This document shows positions 48,514 through 60,319 of a DNA stretch of 64,000 bases, one piece after another. Origin of the DNA: Podarcis bocagei (lineage: Eukaryota). The notes beneath the pieces are model-generated. The model was not told where the DNA came from and made no database searches. It saw nothing but the letters and a program-made list of their open reading frames with translations. A program made the position numbers and the translations under genes. Location: the NCBI GenBank assembly GCA_964188305.1, contig OZ076885.1; one strand, 5' to 3'. How positions within the stretch are numbered: position 1 is the stretch's first letter; the number at the start of each line of letters is the position of its first letter.

Positions 48514-51500
48514 CTGGACACTTTAAAATTTTTATCGTGGAACGTGAATGGGTTGAATGAGAAAATTAAAAGAAATAAAATCCAAAAAGCTTTGAGAAAT
48601 AAGAAATGTGATGTAATCTGTGTTCAGGAAACTCATATTGCAAAGAGGCATAGACATATTTTGATGAACAAAAAGTTGGGAGTAGAATTTGTAAATTCGG
48701 ATGTAAACAAAAAAAGAGGAGTGGTAATATACGCCAAAGAAAGGTGGGAACCAATACAAATTTGTAAAGATGAGGAAGGGAGAATATTAGGTATTCAATT
48801 AAATTTTCGAGGGGAAAGAATTAATGTAGTGTCGGTATATGCACCGAACTCAAATAGAGCAGAGTTCTTTGAAAAACTTGAAAGTTTACTGCTGGAACTG
48901 GATCCTTATAAGTTAATTCTATTGGGAGATTGGAACGGGGTACCAACACCAAGTATGGACAGAAGTGAGAACCAGAGGAACGTAAACAGGGGGAAGCTCC
49001 CCAATGCTTTCAATGATTTAGTGGAAAATTTAGATCTAATTGATATCTGGAGACACCGAAATCCCACCACTAAACAGTTCACTCACTACTCAGAGCCCCA
49101 CAAAAGTTGGGGCAGGATCGATCAGATATGGGTGACTAGGGCGATGGTATGGAGAGTTAAGAGATGTGAGATATTACCCAGGACCCTGTCAGATCACTGC
49201 CCTTTGGTCTTGGAAATTAAAAACGAATTGAAAGGGCAACCCAGGTGGAGGATGAATGAATATCTATTTGAGAATGAGGAAGTGCTAGATATGGCCAAAA
49301 AAACTCTGAGAGAGTACCTGGCGATAAATTTGAGTAGAGACACCCCAATAGAGGTGGTATGGGATGCCGGTAAGGCAGTCCTAAGGGGCTTTTTGATACA
49401 GCAAAATAGTTATAGAAAGAAGTTAAGGGAAAAAAAGAAGGACAATATTTTGGCCCAATTAAAAGATTGTGAAAGGAAACTGGCCTTAAATCCAACAGAT
49501 GAAACGATCAGCCAAGCGGTGAAGGTGTTGCAGTCCCAATACTCAGCTATTTTGAACCAGGAGATAGAACAAAAAATTAAATTTACAAGACAGAAATATT
49601 TCGAGTCGGCCAATAAAATGGGGAAGCTGCTTGCATGGCAGCTCAGGAAAAGAAAGAAACAAAATACGATTAATAAACTTATTGTAGATGAGAGGGTGAT
49701 AGAGGACCCGAGTGAAATTGAACGCAGATTTGTTGCTTTTTTTGAAAAGTTGTATGAAAAAGGAGAAGAGAGTAGTGCAGAAGTAAAAAACTACCTGGAT
49801 CAAGAAGAAAGAAAATTTTTTACAGAAGAGGACTGTATACAACTAAACAAAGCGGTGTCTGGAAAGGAGGTCAGGGATGCCATTAATAAGATGAAGAACG
49901 GGAAGTCCCCAGGTCCGGACGGCCTGCCAGCAAAATATTACAAGAAATTGGTAGATCTGTTAGCGCCGGTATTAACAGAGGTAATAAATAACACTCTCCA
50001 AGAGGGGAGGATCCCTAGTTCCTGGAAGGAGGCGTACATTACGCTGATTCCCAAGACAGAAAACGAAAAGACAGATTTAAAAAATTATAGGCCAATTTCA
50101 CTTTTAAATTGTGATTACAAGGTTTTCGCTGACATCATGGCAAGTAGACTCAAAAATCTACTAAACAGATATATACATAGAGATCAAGTGGGATTTCTCC
50201 CAGGGAGGCAATTGAGGGACAATGTCCGGCACGTATTAGATATAATGGAGTTCCTGGAGGCAAGACCAGATGTACCAGCGGCCCTTATCTTCATTGACGC
50301 AGAAAAAGCTTTTGATCGCGTCTCCTGGGAATTTCTGTTGCAAAATATAGATAAGGTGGGAATAGGGGGCCCCTACTTGAAGGCTATTAGGGCGATCTAT
50401 ACAGAACAGCAGGCTAGGCTGATTATTAATAATAACCTGACTAAACATTTTTCAATAATGAAAGGGACAAGGCAGGGTTGCCCTCTGTCACCTTTACTGT
50501 TTATTTTGGTGTTAGAAACAGCCGCGAACAAAATAAGAGCGACCCCGAATATTAGGGGATTAAAAATTGGAGAGAAAGAATACAAACTAAAGGCCTACGC
50601 TGATGACCTGGTCCTTTTCTTAGAGAACCCAATTGAAAGTATTAGCAGAGCGGTAGAACTCTTGGAAGAGTTCGGTAAATTATCCGGATTCAAGTTAAAT
50701 AGGGGGAAAACCAAAATATTAATAAAGAACTTAACAGCACAGGAGAGATTACAGCTGGAACAACAGGTGGACATTAAAGTAGTAAATAAAGTGAAATATT
50801 TGGGAATCTGGTTATCCCCAAAGAATATTAACTTAGTAGAAGATAATTATAATAAACTTTGGAAAGAAATGAAGAAAGACATGGACACCTGGCGTAGATT
50901 GAATCTATCCTGGACGGGGAGGATGGCATCGATTAAGATGTGTATTCTCCCGAGGCTGTTATTTCTGTTCCAGAACTTACCAGTTATAAAAGGTACCGCC
51001 TGCTTTAAAAACTGGCAAAGGACCTTGACCAAATATATTTGGCAGGAGAAGAAACCTAGGGTGAAACTTAAATATTTGATGGATTCTAGGGAAAGAGGGG
51101 GCTTTGGTGTACCAAATTTAAGGCTCTATTACGAGGCGGCATGTTTACTTTGGATTAAAGAATGGGTCACATTGAAAGATACTGATCTACTAGACCTAGA
51201 AGGATTTGATTTAAGATTTGGGTGGCATGCCTACCTCTGGCAGGAGAAAGATAAAATTCATAGAGGTTTTTATAATCATTCAGTTAGAGGGCCACTTTTA
51301 GAAGTTTGGAATAGGAAGAAAAGCGTGATAGAACAAAGTACCCCTTGGTGGCTCTCACCCGTGGACATTATCAAAATAAAGAAAGTAAACATGACAGGTA
51401 GAAGGTGGACGTATGAAGATCTCCTAATTAAATCAGAAGAAGGGTGGAAATTAAGACAGCAGGATGAATTAAAAGAGAAAATCAAGGACTGGTTTCATTT

Positions 51501-52266
51501 ACATCAAATTAACGCACTATGGAGGGAACATAAGAGAATAGGCATGGGAGAAAATAAATCTAGATTCCAAGTAGAGATTATTGAGAGTAACAATAAATTA
51601 TTATCTAAAATGTATAGGCAACTGCTGGAAAATGAAAATAAGGAAGTGCTGATCAAAGAGGTAATGACTAAATGGAATAAAGACCTTGGATATGAGCTAG
51701 GTTATGACAAATGGCAAACTTTGTGGAAGTATGGCTTGAGATTTACGGCATGTGCTGATTTAAGGGAGAATTTATACAAGATGATGTACCGTTGGTACCT
51801 GACCCCGGCTAGATTAGGGAGAATGTATAGAACAGCAGATAATACTTGTTGGAGGTGCAAAGAGAAGGTGGGGACCTTCATTCATATTTGGTGGACCTGC
51901 GGGGAAGTGAAAGGTTTCTGGGGACAAATTTACGAGGAGTTAAAGAAAATTTTGAAGTATAATTTCCCCAAGAACCCCGAAGCTTTCCTCTTAGGGATGA
52001 TTGGGGAGGAAATAAAAAAATCAGATCAGACCTTCTTTCAGTATGCTACTACTGCTGCAAGGATTTTAATAGCAAAGAAATGGAAATCCCCCGAAATACC
52101 AACAATGAAAGAGTGGCGGGTGAAATTGTATCAATATGTGGAATTGGCGAAACTTACACAATATATTAGGCGGGACAACCCCAAAAAGACAGAGGATTGG
52201 TCCAAATTTTTAAGTTACCTTGAGATTAATTTAGGAATTAATAATTTGACAGTAGATGATGTTTGA
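48514..52266 (+). CDS. L1 ORF2p (APE endonuclease + reverse transcriptase + CCHC); 1250 aa if started at CTG 48514
   Basis: SWNVNGL, QETH, VYAP, GDWN, RID, SDH endonuclease motifs; DAEKAFD, QGCPLSP, YADD RT motifs; CWRC-x8-H-x4-C. The frame is open from 48490; the start codon is uncertain because there is no AUG. Confidence 0.93.
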   Translation: MDTLKFLSWNVNGLNEKIKRNKIQKALRNKKCDVICVQETHIAKRHRHILMNKKLGVEFVNSDVNKKRGVVIYAKERWEPIQICKDEEGRILGIQLNFRGERINVVSVYAPNSNRAEFFEKLESLLLELDPYKLILLGDWNGVPTPSMDRSENQRNVNRGKLPNAFNDLVENLDLIDIWRHRNPTTKQFTHYSEPHKSWGRIDQIWVTRAMVWRVKRCEILPRTLSDHCPLVLEIKNELKGQPRWRMNEYLFENEEVLDMAKKTLREYLAINLSRDTPIEVVWDAGKAVLRGFLIQQNSYRKKLREKKKDNILAQLKDCERKLALNPTDETISQAVKVLQSQYSAILNQEIEQKIKFTRQKYFESANKMGKLLAWQLRKRKKQNTINKLIVDERVIEDPSEIERRFVAFFEKLYEKGEESSAEVKNYLDQEERKFFTEEDCIQLNKAVSGKEVRDAINKMKNGKSPGPDGLPAKYYKKLVDLLAPVLTEVINNTLQEGRIPSSWKEAYITLIPKTENEKTDLKNYRPISLLNCDYKVFADIMASRLKNLLNRYIHRDQVGFLPGRQLRDNVRHVLDIMEFLEARPDVPAALIFIDAEKAFDRVSWEFLLQNIDKVGIGGPYLKAIRAIYTEQQARLIINNNLTKHFSIMKGTRQGCPLSPLLFILVLETAANKIRATPNIRGLKIGEKEYKLKAYADDLVLFLENPIESISRAVELLEEFGKLSGFKLNRGKTKILIKNLTAQERLQLEQQVDIKVVNKVKYLGIWLSPKNINLVEDNYNKLWKEMKKDMDTWRRLNLSWTGRMASIKMCILPRLLFLFQNLPVIKGTACFKNWQRTLTKYIWQEKKPRVKLKYLMDSRERGGFGVPNLRLYYEAACLLWIKEWVTLKDTDLLDLEGFDLRFGWHAYLWQEKDKIHRGFYNHSVRGPLLEVWNRKKSVIEQSTPWWLSPVDIIKIKKVNMTGRRWTYEDLLIKSEEGWKLRQQDELKEKIKDWFHLHQINALWREHKRIGMGENKSRFQVEIIESNNKLLSKMYRQLLENENKEVLIKEVMTKWNKDLGYELGYDKWQTLWKYGLRFTACADLRENLYKMMYRWYLTPARLGRMYRTADNTCWRCKEKVGTFIHIWWTCGEVKGFWGQIYEELKKILKYNFPKNPEAFLLGMIGEEIKKSDQTFFQYATTAARILIAKKWKSPEIPTMKEWRVKLYQYVELAKLTQYIRRDNPKKTEDWSKFLSYLEINLGINNLTVDDV

Positions 52267-52579
52267 CTCCTACGACGTGGAAAGATGAATGAAAACAACT
52301 GCAGATGATATATGTAGAATATTTAATCCAAAGCTGAGGTTATTGGAAGTCAAATGTGTGTAAGGGTGTGATTGGTTTTCTTTTTTCTTTCTTCTTTGTT
52401 CGCTTTTTTTCTTTTCCAGGTGTATATGTCTGATTTTATGTATGTGTAATTTTATGTGCTTGCAATAAAGTTTGAAAAAAAAAATTAAAAAAAAAAAAAA
52501 AGAGTGGGTTTTCATGGGGAAAACTCTGAGGGGGGACCCCAAATGCTCAAAGGGCTTTTAAATGTGGGCTTATGGTGGT

Positions 52580-52806
52580 TTCCTGTTTGCAGGATGTTCT
52601 CCCCAGGCAGACTCACCGGGTGCCTTCATGACATATCCTTAGGCACCAGGCGAAAACATTTCTCTAGGACTAGGCCTTTGTTGGTCTGCTTTTGCTCTAT
52701 TATGTATTTTGGGTTCTCATTTTATGGTTTTGTGTTGTGAACTGCGGTGTGATCTTCAGATGAAGAATGGTATGCAAATTTTAACAACAAGAACAACAAC
52801 AACAAC
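52580..52806 (+). mobile_element. L2-like LINE 3' end with (AAC)n tail
   Basis: aggcaccaggcgaaaacatttctc...tgtgaactgcggtgtgatcttcagatgaagaatggtatgcaaatt followed by a simple-repeat tail. Confidence 0.55.
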
Positions 52807-55800
52807 AGAATGGGCTTCCCCAGGGAATGTGGTGGGGCAAACAGAAAACCATGCCTAGAAAGCAACAACAACCCTCTGCTTTCTAGGCACAGGACAAATG
52901 GAAGTGTGGACAAGTCCTCCCTTCCTTCATGTGTATAAAACAGAGATATTCAACCAAGAATTAAGAGGAAAACTCCCTCACAACTATATAGCCAATAAAC
53001 ATACATGCTATCTCACTGAAGGATCATTCCACTCCACCTGCTTGCTTACATCCCCCTCTTGGCAAGTTGACTTTTAACACCAATGGAATTAGCCCATAAA
53101 TTGCACACTGAAAACTACACATGCTGAGATTTCCTTTTCAACATGACTATTAAATGTTCAGGAGCCCTGTGCTCTTGTTTGCTTCTGGCTACCCACAAGT
53201 GAAGTTTCACTTGTTTTCCATTTTCTCTGTTTATGCCCATTATGTTTGGGGATTACTGGAGCACATTCTTTGCTCTTCAAGAAATTTGTTTGCTTTTCCT
53301 AATTCTGTTTTATGACACATTGCAAATTAGCTCTGCAACAGCTGAACTGCACGAGTGTGATGCTTTCATGAGCTGCTTCCAAATTGAAGCACACATAGAA
53401 AATAGGCCTCTTACCCACTCATCCCAAATCCCATGCCTGAAGGAACAGATGAATTCCAGCACTGGTTAGCACTAGCGGACATGATTTTAAATTACTGGAG
53501 CATTTAAATTTTTATAAGCCTTCAATTTGGGTACTTGGCTTTTGGAACACACATGGCACCTGATGAATGAAAATTATTGGGAACTTTTATTTTGTTGTAA
53601 AATAAAAGGTTTATCTGCAGAAGGCAATGCCACTGCCCAATGAGATATTCTTTAAAATCACATAATTTCCAAAAGCTCTTCCTTTGCTAAAAGCAACAAC
53701 AACAATCAAATTACAAGGGGGGGGGGGACAGAGGGAGCCAGAATCAGTCAGGGAGCACAGATTGTCGCGCACGCAGAGCTTTAATTAAAGGAATCCAGTT
53801 CCAATATAATAAAAGAGCCATTTTACATGCAACATGACTCTTTATTTTCCATTCATATTGCCAAATATACCCCCTGTCTCAGATTTTGCCAATAGATATC
53901 TGCAAAGAGTGGTAGAAGAGACAATAAGAGGTTTAAAAACAACAACTCAACATCTTGTCCTGCTCATTGATGAGATTCAAAACCCTTAAAAAGCCCAGTT
54001 TCACAATGCAGCATGATCACTGCCACGAATCACTGTATGTTCCCTGTTTCAGAGTCATCAGGGTTAGCTATAACCTGTGGCCTTCTGAATGTTCCTGGAC
54101 TCCAATTCCCATCAGCTCCAACCAGCATGGTCAGTCAGTGGTCAGGGATGATGGGAGTCCAGCAACGTCTGTAAGGTCAGAGGTCGTCCACCACCCCACC
54201 TTCAAAAATGTCAAAGATCTGGATTAGAGATCCTGCAAGACCTGTTAGCATTAGAGCATTAGTGGAACACAATGTCGTTCAGTGGTGAGCATCCCATCAA
54301 CACAAGCATTGCAATTTGCCAGACAGAACAACAATCCCACCTTTTCTCCCTTCATTCACCGTTCTGGGGATTCTCCTGACCTCCCTCCTCCAGAGCCAGT
54401 TTCAGGGCTCCAGGAGGCACATCGAGAGGAAAGGGACAGTTCCATTTTGGAAGCAGAAGCCCTCATATGCAGGGCTCACACTGACCAGACTCCTTAGGCA
54501 AAGCCCACCCCTGGTCTCCCCCAGGCGCCTTCAAATCAGAATTGCTGTGGCTTCTACTCTTCCCTTTCCATCCAGTAAATATAAGCAGACTCTGCCTGCA
54601 AATAAACACCTGCAGCTTACAGATCCTTTCCCCACATTCACTCATTGATTAAAACCTCAGTGGGAGCGGGGAAGAAATCTGATTCAGTTTACATTTATTC
54701 AACACAATATTTATTTATTTTCAATACTTCCCACCCACCTTTCATCAAAGAATTATCCCAGGGAGGGGTATAGCAAAATAAAATGCTGAACTTGAAACCA
54801 CAAATACATCAAATTCCAAACCATAGTATATATCAGCAGGGATTTAAAAAACCCACAGTAAATAACTTCAAAAGAATAGACAGGCTTCATTCTTAAAATA
54901 AATAAAAAGATTTCATTGATTTTCATTTTTCACATCACACATAAAACAACCTAACTCAAAACATGTCAGCCACATTGCTTAAAAATATCAAATCAAATTA
55001 TTACAGCTCACTCCAAAAAATCTTTCCACATATTTCTATGAGATCTCGGGGGGTTATAAACAAAATCTTTTGGACATATATAGTCCCAAAATGATTGCCA
55101 CACATTATGGAAAAGATTGGGGTGGGGTGGGGGTTAGAATTCCCTTTGGTCACATAAATCTGGCACATCAGCTTTACAGCCAGGGCTATTGTCCATGCTT
55201 TGAGTACCAAGCTTCAGTGTTCACGCCCAAGGCAGCGTGCCATCACACAGCTATTTCCGTACATGCCACCCCAAGGAAGAGTGTTAAAAGTTCTTTATGC
55301 ACAATTGTTATTCCAAGTAAAGCAAGTTGAAAGGAAGGCTGTATGTCTGTTTGAAAGGTTTCATTCTTCAAAATAAATGTGCTGCTAACATTCCATGAAT
55401 AACTGAATAAACAGGTGAGTTTTAATCTGACACTAAAAATTAAAAAGTCAGCACCAGCCATACTTCAGAGAGGTGACACATTCCATAATAGGGGCACTGC
55501 CACAGAGAAGGTCTTTTTTTACACATCACCACCATATAATAGACATAGTAGTTCCATCTTTGTTTCTAGTCAGTCTGCCTTTTAAAAGCAACTTTGCTAG
55601 TGATCAGGTGTGCAGAAATGAAAAGTTTTTCATTTAATGCTGCTCTTTAAAGGTGCAGAAATAAATTGGAAGTGTTGGGGGGGCATGTTTTTTAGCATTT
55701 CTGTGCTGTCCGGAAAGAGTACAGTTAAAATGACAAAGGTATCATTTAGATCACAAAAGAAATAAGCTGAAAACCACCAAATACACCTCCATTTTTGGAA

Positions 55801-58800
55801 GAGCAGCTTGACCTGGAAAATGGAGGTACATATACCAGCTGTTAGCAGGTCAAATTCACTGTGGCGCATTAAACTGAGAGAAAATGAGATTGTAAAGCTG
55901 AGAATATAATTAAATACTGGAAGACTTTAGATATTACCAACACACACACACACAACCCTCTCTCTGCCATTCATGAGAATTCTAAGAAATTTGGCAAGAA
56001 AGATTTCTAAGCAGCAGCAAGCGATGGATTTGCACTGACCTCTTTGTAAAACAGGGGCTGCAGGAGCCAGCTTGTGGTCCGTCCGTCACTCCCTACATTC
56101 CACTCCCTACATTCACATCAGAAGCCATCATGATGTCAGCTGAGCAGATACCAGAGGAGTTTTCTGGGTTCCTGCCTTGTTTGCAGATTCTATTTACATG
56201 CACACTTACCCTCTTGGTTTACCATAATTCATTGGTAGAAAATGTGCCCATTTCCCCTTAAAATATGCATTTTTGTAAACATGGGTTGGTTGGTTGGTTG
56301 GTTGGTTGGAGAATTAAATCATGAAATTTAGATGAGTATGAATTTTGAAGGATGGCTGTGTTTCAGTACTCATGCTGTTTCAGAAAGTGCAGATCTGATA
56401 AATTTGGCTTGAAATGCAAACTGATTTGAATTTTTCCCTGTTCTTAATTTTTATTGCCCTATTTCTGGGTCAGTTTCAGGGCACAGGGTTGCACTGCTAG
56501 GGTGGCTCATGAAGTCCCTGTGACTAGATACACATAAAAATGTATCACCTTAAGACATATTTGCCAGGGCTCACAACTATCAGTTTGGAACCATGCACTA
56601 GTACAGCTGTTTGCATCATGCCTATCCTTATGTTCAGTTCATCAAATCCTTCTTCATTCCTCCTTTGCAATATAAAGAACACACAGCATCCTGTCAGTCT
56701 CTCTGGTACAGTCACATTAGGTGTACTGTGTTGCATTTCCTCCGATACAACTGGTGGAACGCAACCACCACATAGAAGCACTTAGAATCATGGGTTTGCT
56801 GGCTGAGTATTCATGTTACAGAAAAGTTTGTATTCTAGATTTGCTAGTCCCACCTGTCTGTTACCAATGGTGACATTGGCCCCCATGTTTATTTCATTTC
56901 TCCACTCTCCTCTGGTTGTTCCGGGCTCCTCCTGCAGCTTCTCCCAGATAAAGCTGTCAACGGTCTGACACCTCCATCTTCTCTGTCATGGTTTTCCATT
57001 ATGGCTCCCTCGAGTTCTGTCGAACTACATTCATGGTGCTTTAAACAGGATAAGCTGAGTAAATCATTAAAAGCCTTGCTGCTTCGCAAAGACGCCCTTT
57101 TCATCGAATAGCAAGATTAAATTAGGTTCCCCTGATAAATTGATTTGATGAGCCAATTTGGCTGGTACATAAGGTATTTATACAATTCCAAAGAGATTGG
57201 GATTAAAAAAAAGGAAACCCCCACTGAGTTAAACTTCTGCCTCTAGTGGCTTAGGGTCAAATTTAACATGACATTAAATGGATGACTATACATAATGCGC
57301 ATTGTGCTGTTCTCCTCATCCACCCACTCACATACACACACCAATAACAGCTGCAGACAGAAGGGGGAATCAAGATTGAGATTACAAACAAAGAAAAGAG
57401 ATTGGGAGTACAGAACAGATCTGCTGCCCCTGTGGATCCTGCTGCCTGAGGCAGTCACCTAACCTTGCCTCATGGATGGGGCGGTCCTGGATGAAGCACA
57501 CTTGTTAATCCCCTGCAGCAGCATCTGCCACCTGGCTCCTTTGTCTCTCTGTCTAAAGGGGAACCAAGAGTCCAAACCGCACACAAATAAGAAGTGATGG
57601 CGATGCTGTTGGGCTGCACAGCCAGCCTTGCAAGAACATCCTCATTATGGCTATATGTCTGCCGTTGCTTTTGTCTGCTGTTGCTTTTGAGGAACATCTG
57701 CCCTTCACTTTAATTACAGCACTTAGAATCCAACATAGTGGCTTGAGTACAAATTGATCTTGTTTTCCAGCCAGGAAGTTTGTTTTTCCGCTCTTTCTGA
57801 TAATAAATGTGCCACTGGTAATGGCAAGGGGGCCATATAGTGGCTCATTGTGTTGTGTGTGCACTGAGCCTACTACTTCGGGGCAGGCTTTTCTTATTAT
57901 GCGTTATTGATGTGACAGTTTGCAAACATTGTACAAAATGAATTAACGGGCTCGCCTTTTCTTCTCCCTGAGTTTGGGGTTTTAATCTCATTGACGGCTA
58001 CAGCTGCAATTAGCAATGATCTCACTTAAAATGTCATTTTGTCATAGGCAGTCAAGTCCTGCGTGTCTAGTTGCAAAGTGACACTCTGTGGACAGGCGAT
58101 GGAAATATAATGTGACATTCTGTGGACACCCAACACCTCCCCAGGACATAGCCAAGATATCACGTCCATTTTGGAAAAAAATCTCCAATTCCCTTTCTGA
58201 ACTGCTATTTCTTTGGAAAAGCTGGCTTCTTTGAGAGCTATAGAGTCGAGAGGGGTAAATGCAGAACTCTACTCAATCAGTTATGCAGTTCACTCTTTGG
58301 CCTTGTGCCTTGGGCAAAGTATTATCTCTTAACCTTTTCCACAGAGCTATTGCAAGGCCAAACAAAGAAGATTAAAAAATATTCAGTGAAGAGTGCAACA
58401 CAAATGATAAATAATTTTTAAAAGGCATAGTTTAGGTAGAGGGCTCCATTCAGAGCCTCAGGGAACATTTACTAGTTAATGCCTAGCCCAAATACATGAA
58501 CATGCTCAAGTTAAGGAAGAAATCTTGGTTTTGGAACATGGCAATCTTTCCTTATACCAGGTCTAAATTATTTGTGCATCTAGTGCAGTAGTGTCTAATG
58601 ATTAGCAGTGATTTTCTAAAGCCCCAGGCAGTGATCTTTCCCATTAAGTGCAGATTGAACCTTTTAACCAGAGCTGCCATGGATTTAACATTGCATCTTC
58701 TGCACAGAAAACATGCACTACGAGTGCATTGAGCTATGCTTTTGCACACAGCAGAGTCATGAAATTCCAGAGGATCTCCAAAACCAAAAAGTAATCCTTT

Positions 58801-59246
58801 CTATTAAAAATGCCAGCATCTATTATTTCCCCCTTCTGCTGAAAATAATGTTCAATCCACTGATATGACTGTTACTTAACAGGAGTGGGCAGCTGTGAAG
58901 GTGGATGGAGGATGATAGGTATGGAGCACCACTGAAAAACTTTATGACATTCACTCACATTCACCAGCTCAGACATTTTGATTCAGAGCACCAACAGCAT
59001 GATTCAAACACTATATTGTGGGGCAGCAGCAATCCTGCAGACAGGTGAGTGTGCAATTTGCCCAATTTGCATGTTTCTTCTGCGTCTGTCTGCTGCTCCC
59101 ACTGCATCATGTGTGAGATTTGAAGATGTCATCTGCAAGAATCTAGGCTTCCATGCTCCTAAGCTATAGCCTTTGCCTGGGAAGTGTAAACTTTACTTGT
59201 TACAAGCCTAAATGTGGGGCCTTAGAGGTCCAGTATAAGTGTTTTA

Positions 59247-60059
59247 TATTGCCGGAAGAAATATCAACAACCTCAGATATGCAGATGACACAACCTTGAT
59301 GGCAGAAAGTGAGGAGGAATTAAAGAACCTTTTAATAAGGGTGAAAGAGGAGAGTGCAAAATATGGTCTGAAGTTCAACATCAAAAAAACTAAGATCATG
59401 GCCACTGGTCCCAGCACCTCCTGGCAAATAGAAGGGGAAGAAATGGAGGCAGTGAGAAATTTTACTTTCTTGGGCTCCATGATCACTGCAAATGGTGACA
59501 GCAGTCACTAAATTAAAAGACGCCTGCTTCTTGGGAGAAAAGCAATGACAAACCTAGACAGCATCTTAAAAAGCAGAGACATCACTTTGCCGTCAAAGGT
59601 CCGTATAGTTAAAGCTATGGTTTTCCCAGTAGTGATGTATGGAAGGGAGAGCTGGACCATAAAGAAGGCTGATTGCCGAAGAATTGATGCTTTTGAATTA
59701 TGGTGCTGGAGGAGACTCTTGAGAGTCCCATGGACTGCAAGAAGATCAAACCTATCCATTCTTAAGGAAATCAGCCCTGAGTGCTCACTGGAAGGACAGA
59801 TCCTGAAGCTGAGGCTCCAATACTTTGGCCACCTGATGAGGAGAGAAGATTCCCTGGAAAAGACCCTGATGTTGGGAAAGATGGAGGGCACAAGGAGAAG
59901 GGGACGACAGAGGACAAGATGGTTGGACAGTGTTCTCGAAGCTACCAGCATGAGTTTGACCAAACTGCGGGAGGCAGTGGAAGACAGGAGTGCCTGGTGT
60001 GCTCTGGTCTATGGGGTCACGAAGAGTCGGACACAACTAAATGACTAAACAGCAAAACA
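59247..60059 (+). mobile_element. BovB (RTE-clade) LINE, 5'-truncated 3' ~0.8 kb
   Basis: IAGRNINNLRYADDTTLMAESEEELK...RIDAFELWCWRRLLRVPWTARRSN...GVTKSRTQL is typical BovB; one in-frame TAA at 59509-59511. Candidate TSD ataagtgttt (59235-59244) / ataaatgttt (60060-60069). Confidence 0.93.
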
Positions 60060-60181
60060 ATAAATGTTTGGGACTTTCTGGCACAAAACACATACTGTAT
60101 TCTACCCTAATGGGACCTCCATTTTCTTTCAATGTCTTTGACCCATGAACATTGCTACATATGCATTTCATATCCATACTG

Positions 60182-60319
60182 CAGGGATAGGGATCCTGAG
60201 GTCCTCCAGATATTGTTGGACTACAGTTTCTATCATCCCTGACCATTGACCATGCTGGATAGAGCTGGCAGGAGTTGTAGTCCAGCAACATCTAGAGGGC
60301 CAGAGATTCCCTATCCCTG
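60182..60319. mobile_element. Palindromic hAT MITE (~140 bp); further copies ~915-985, 3160-3280, 6895-7012, 14940-15070, 30945-31140, 40545-40675, 54060-54195, 61054-61180
   Basis: TIR cagggataggga...tccctatccctg; internal inverted ccagatattgttggactaca / tgtagtccagcaacatctag; 8-bp TSD ccatactg/ccttactg (7/8 match). Confidence 0.8.

Larger units (their letters stand above)
45765..52498 (+). mobile_element. Full-length L1-clade LINE, apparently intact
   Basis: Perfect 15-bp TSD, CpG-rich 5'UTR, uninterrupted ORF1 and ORF2, short 3'UTR, AATAAA at 52464-52469 and A tail from 52475. Confidence 0.96.
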
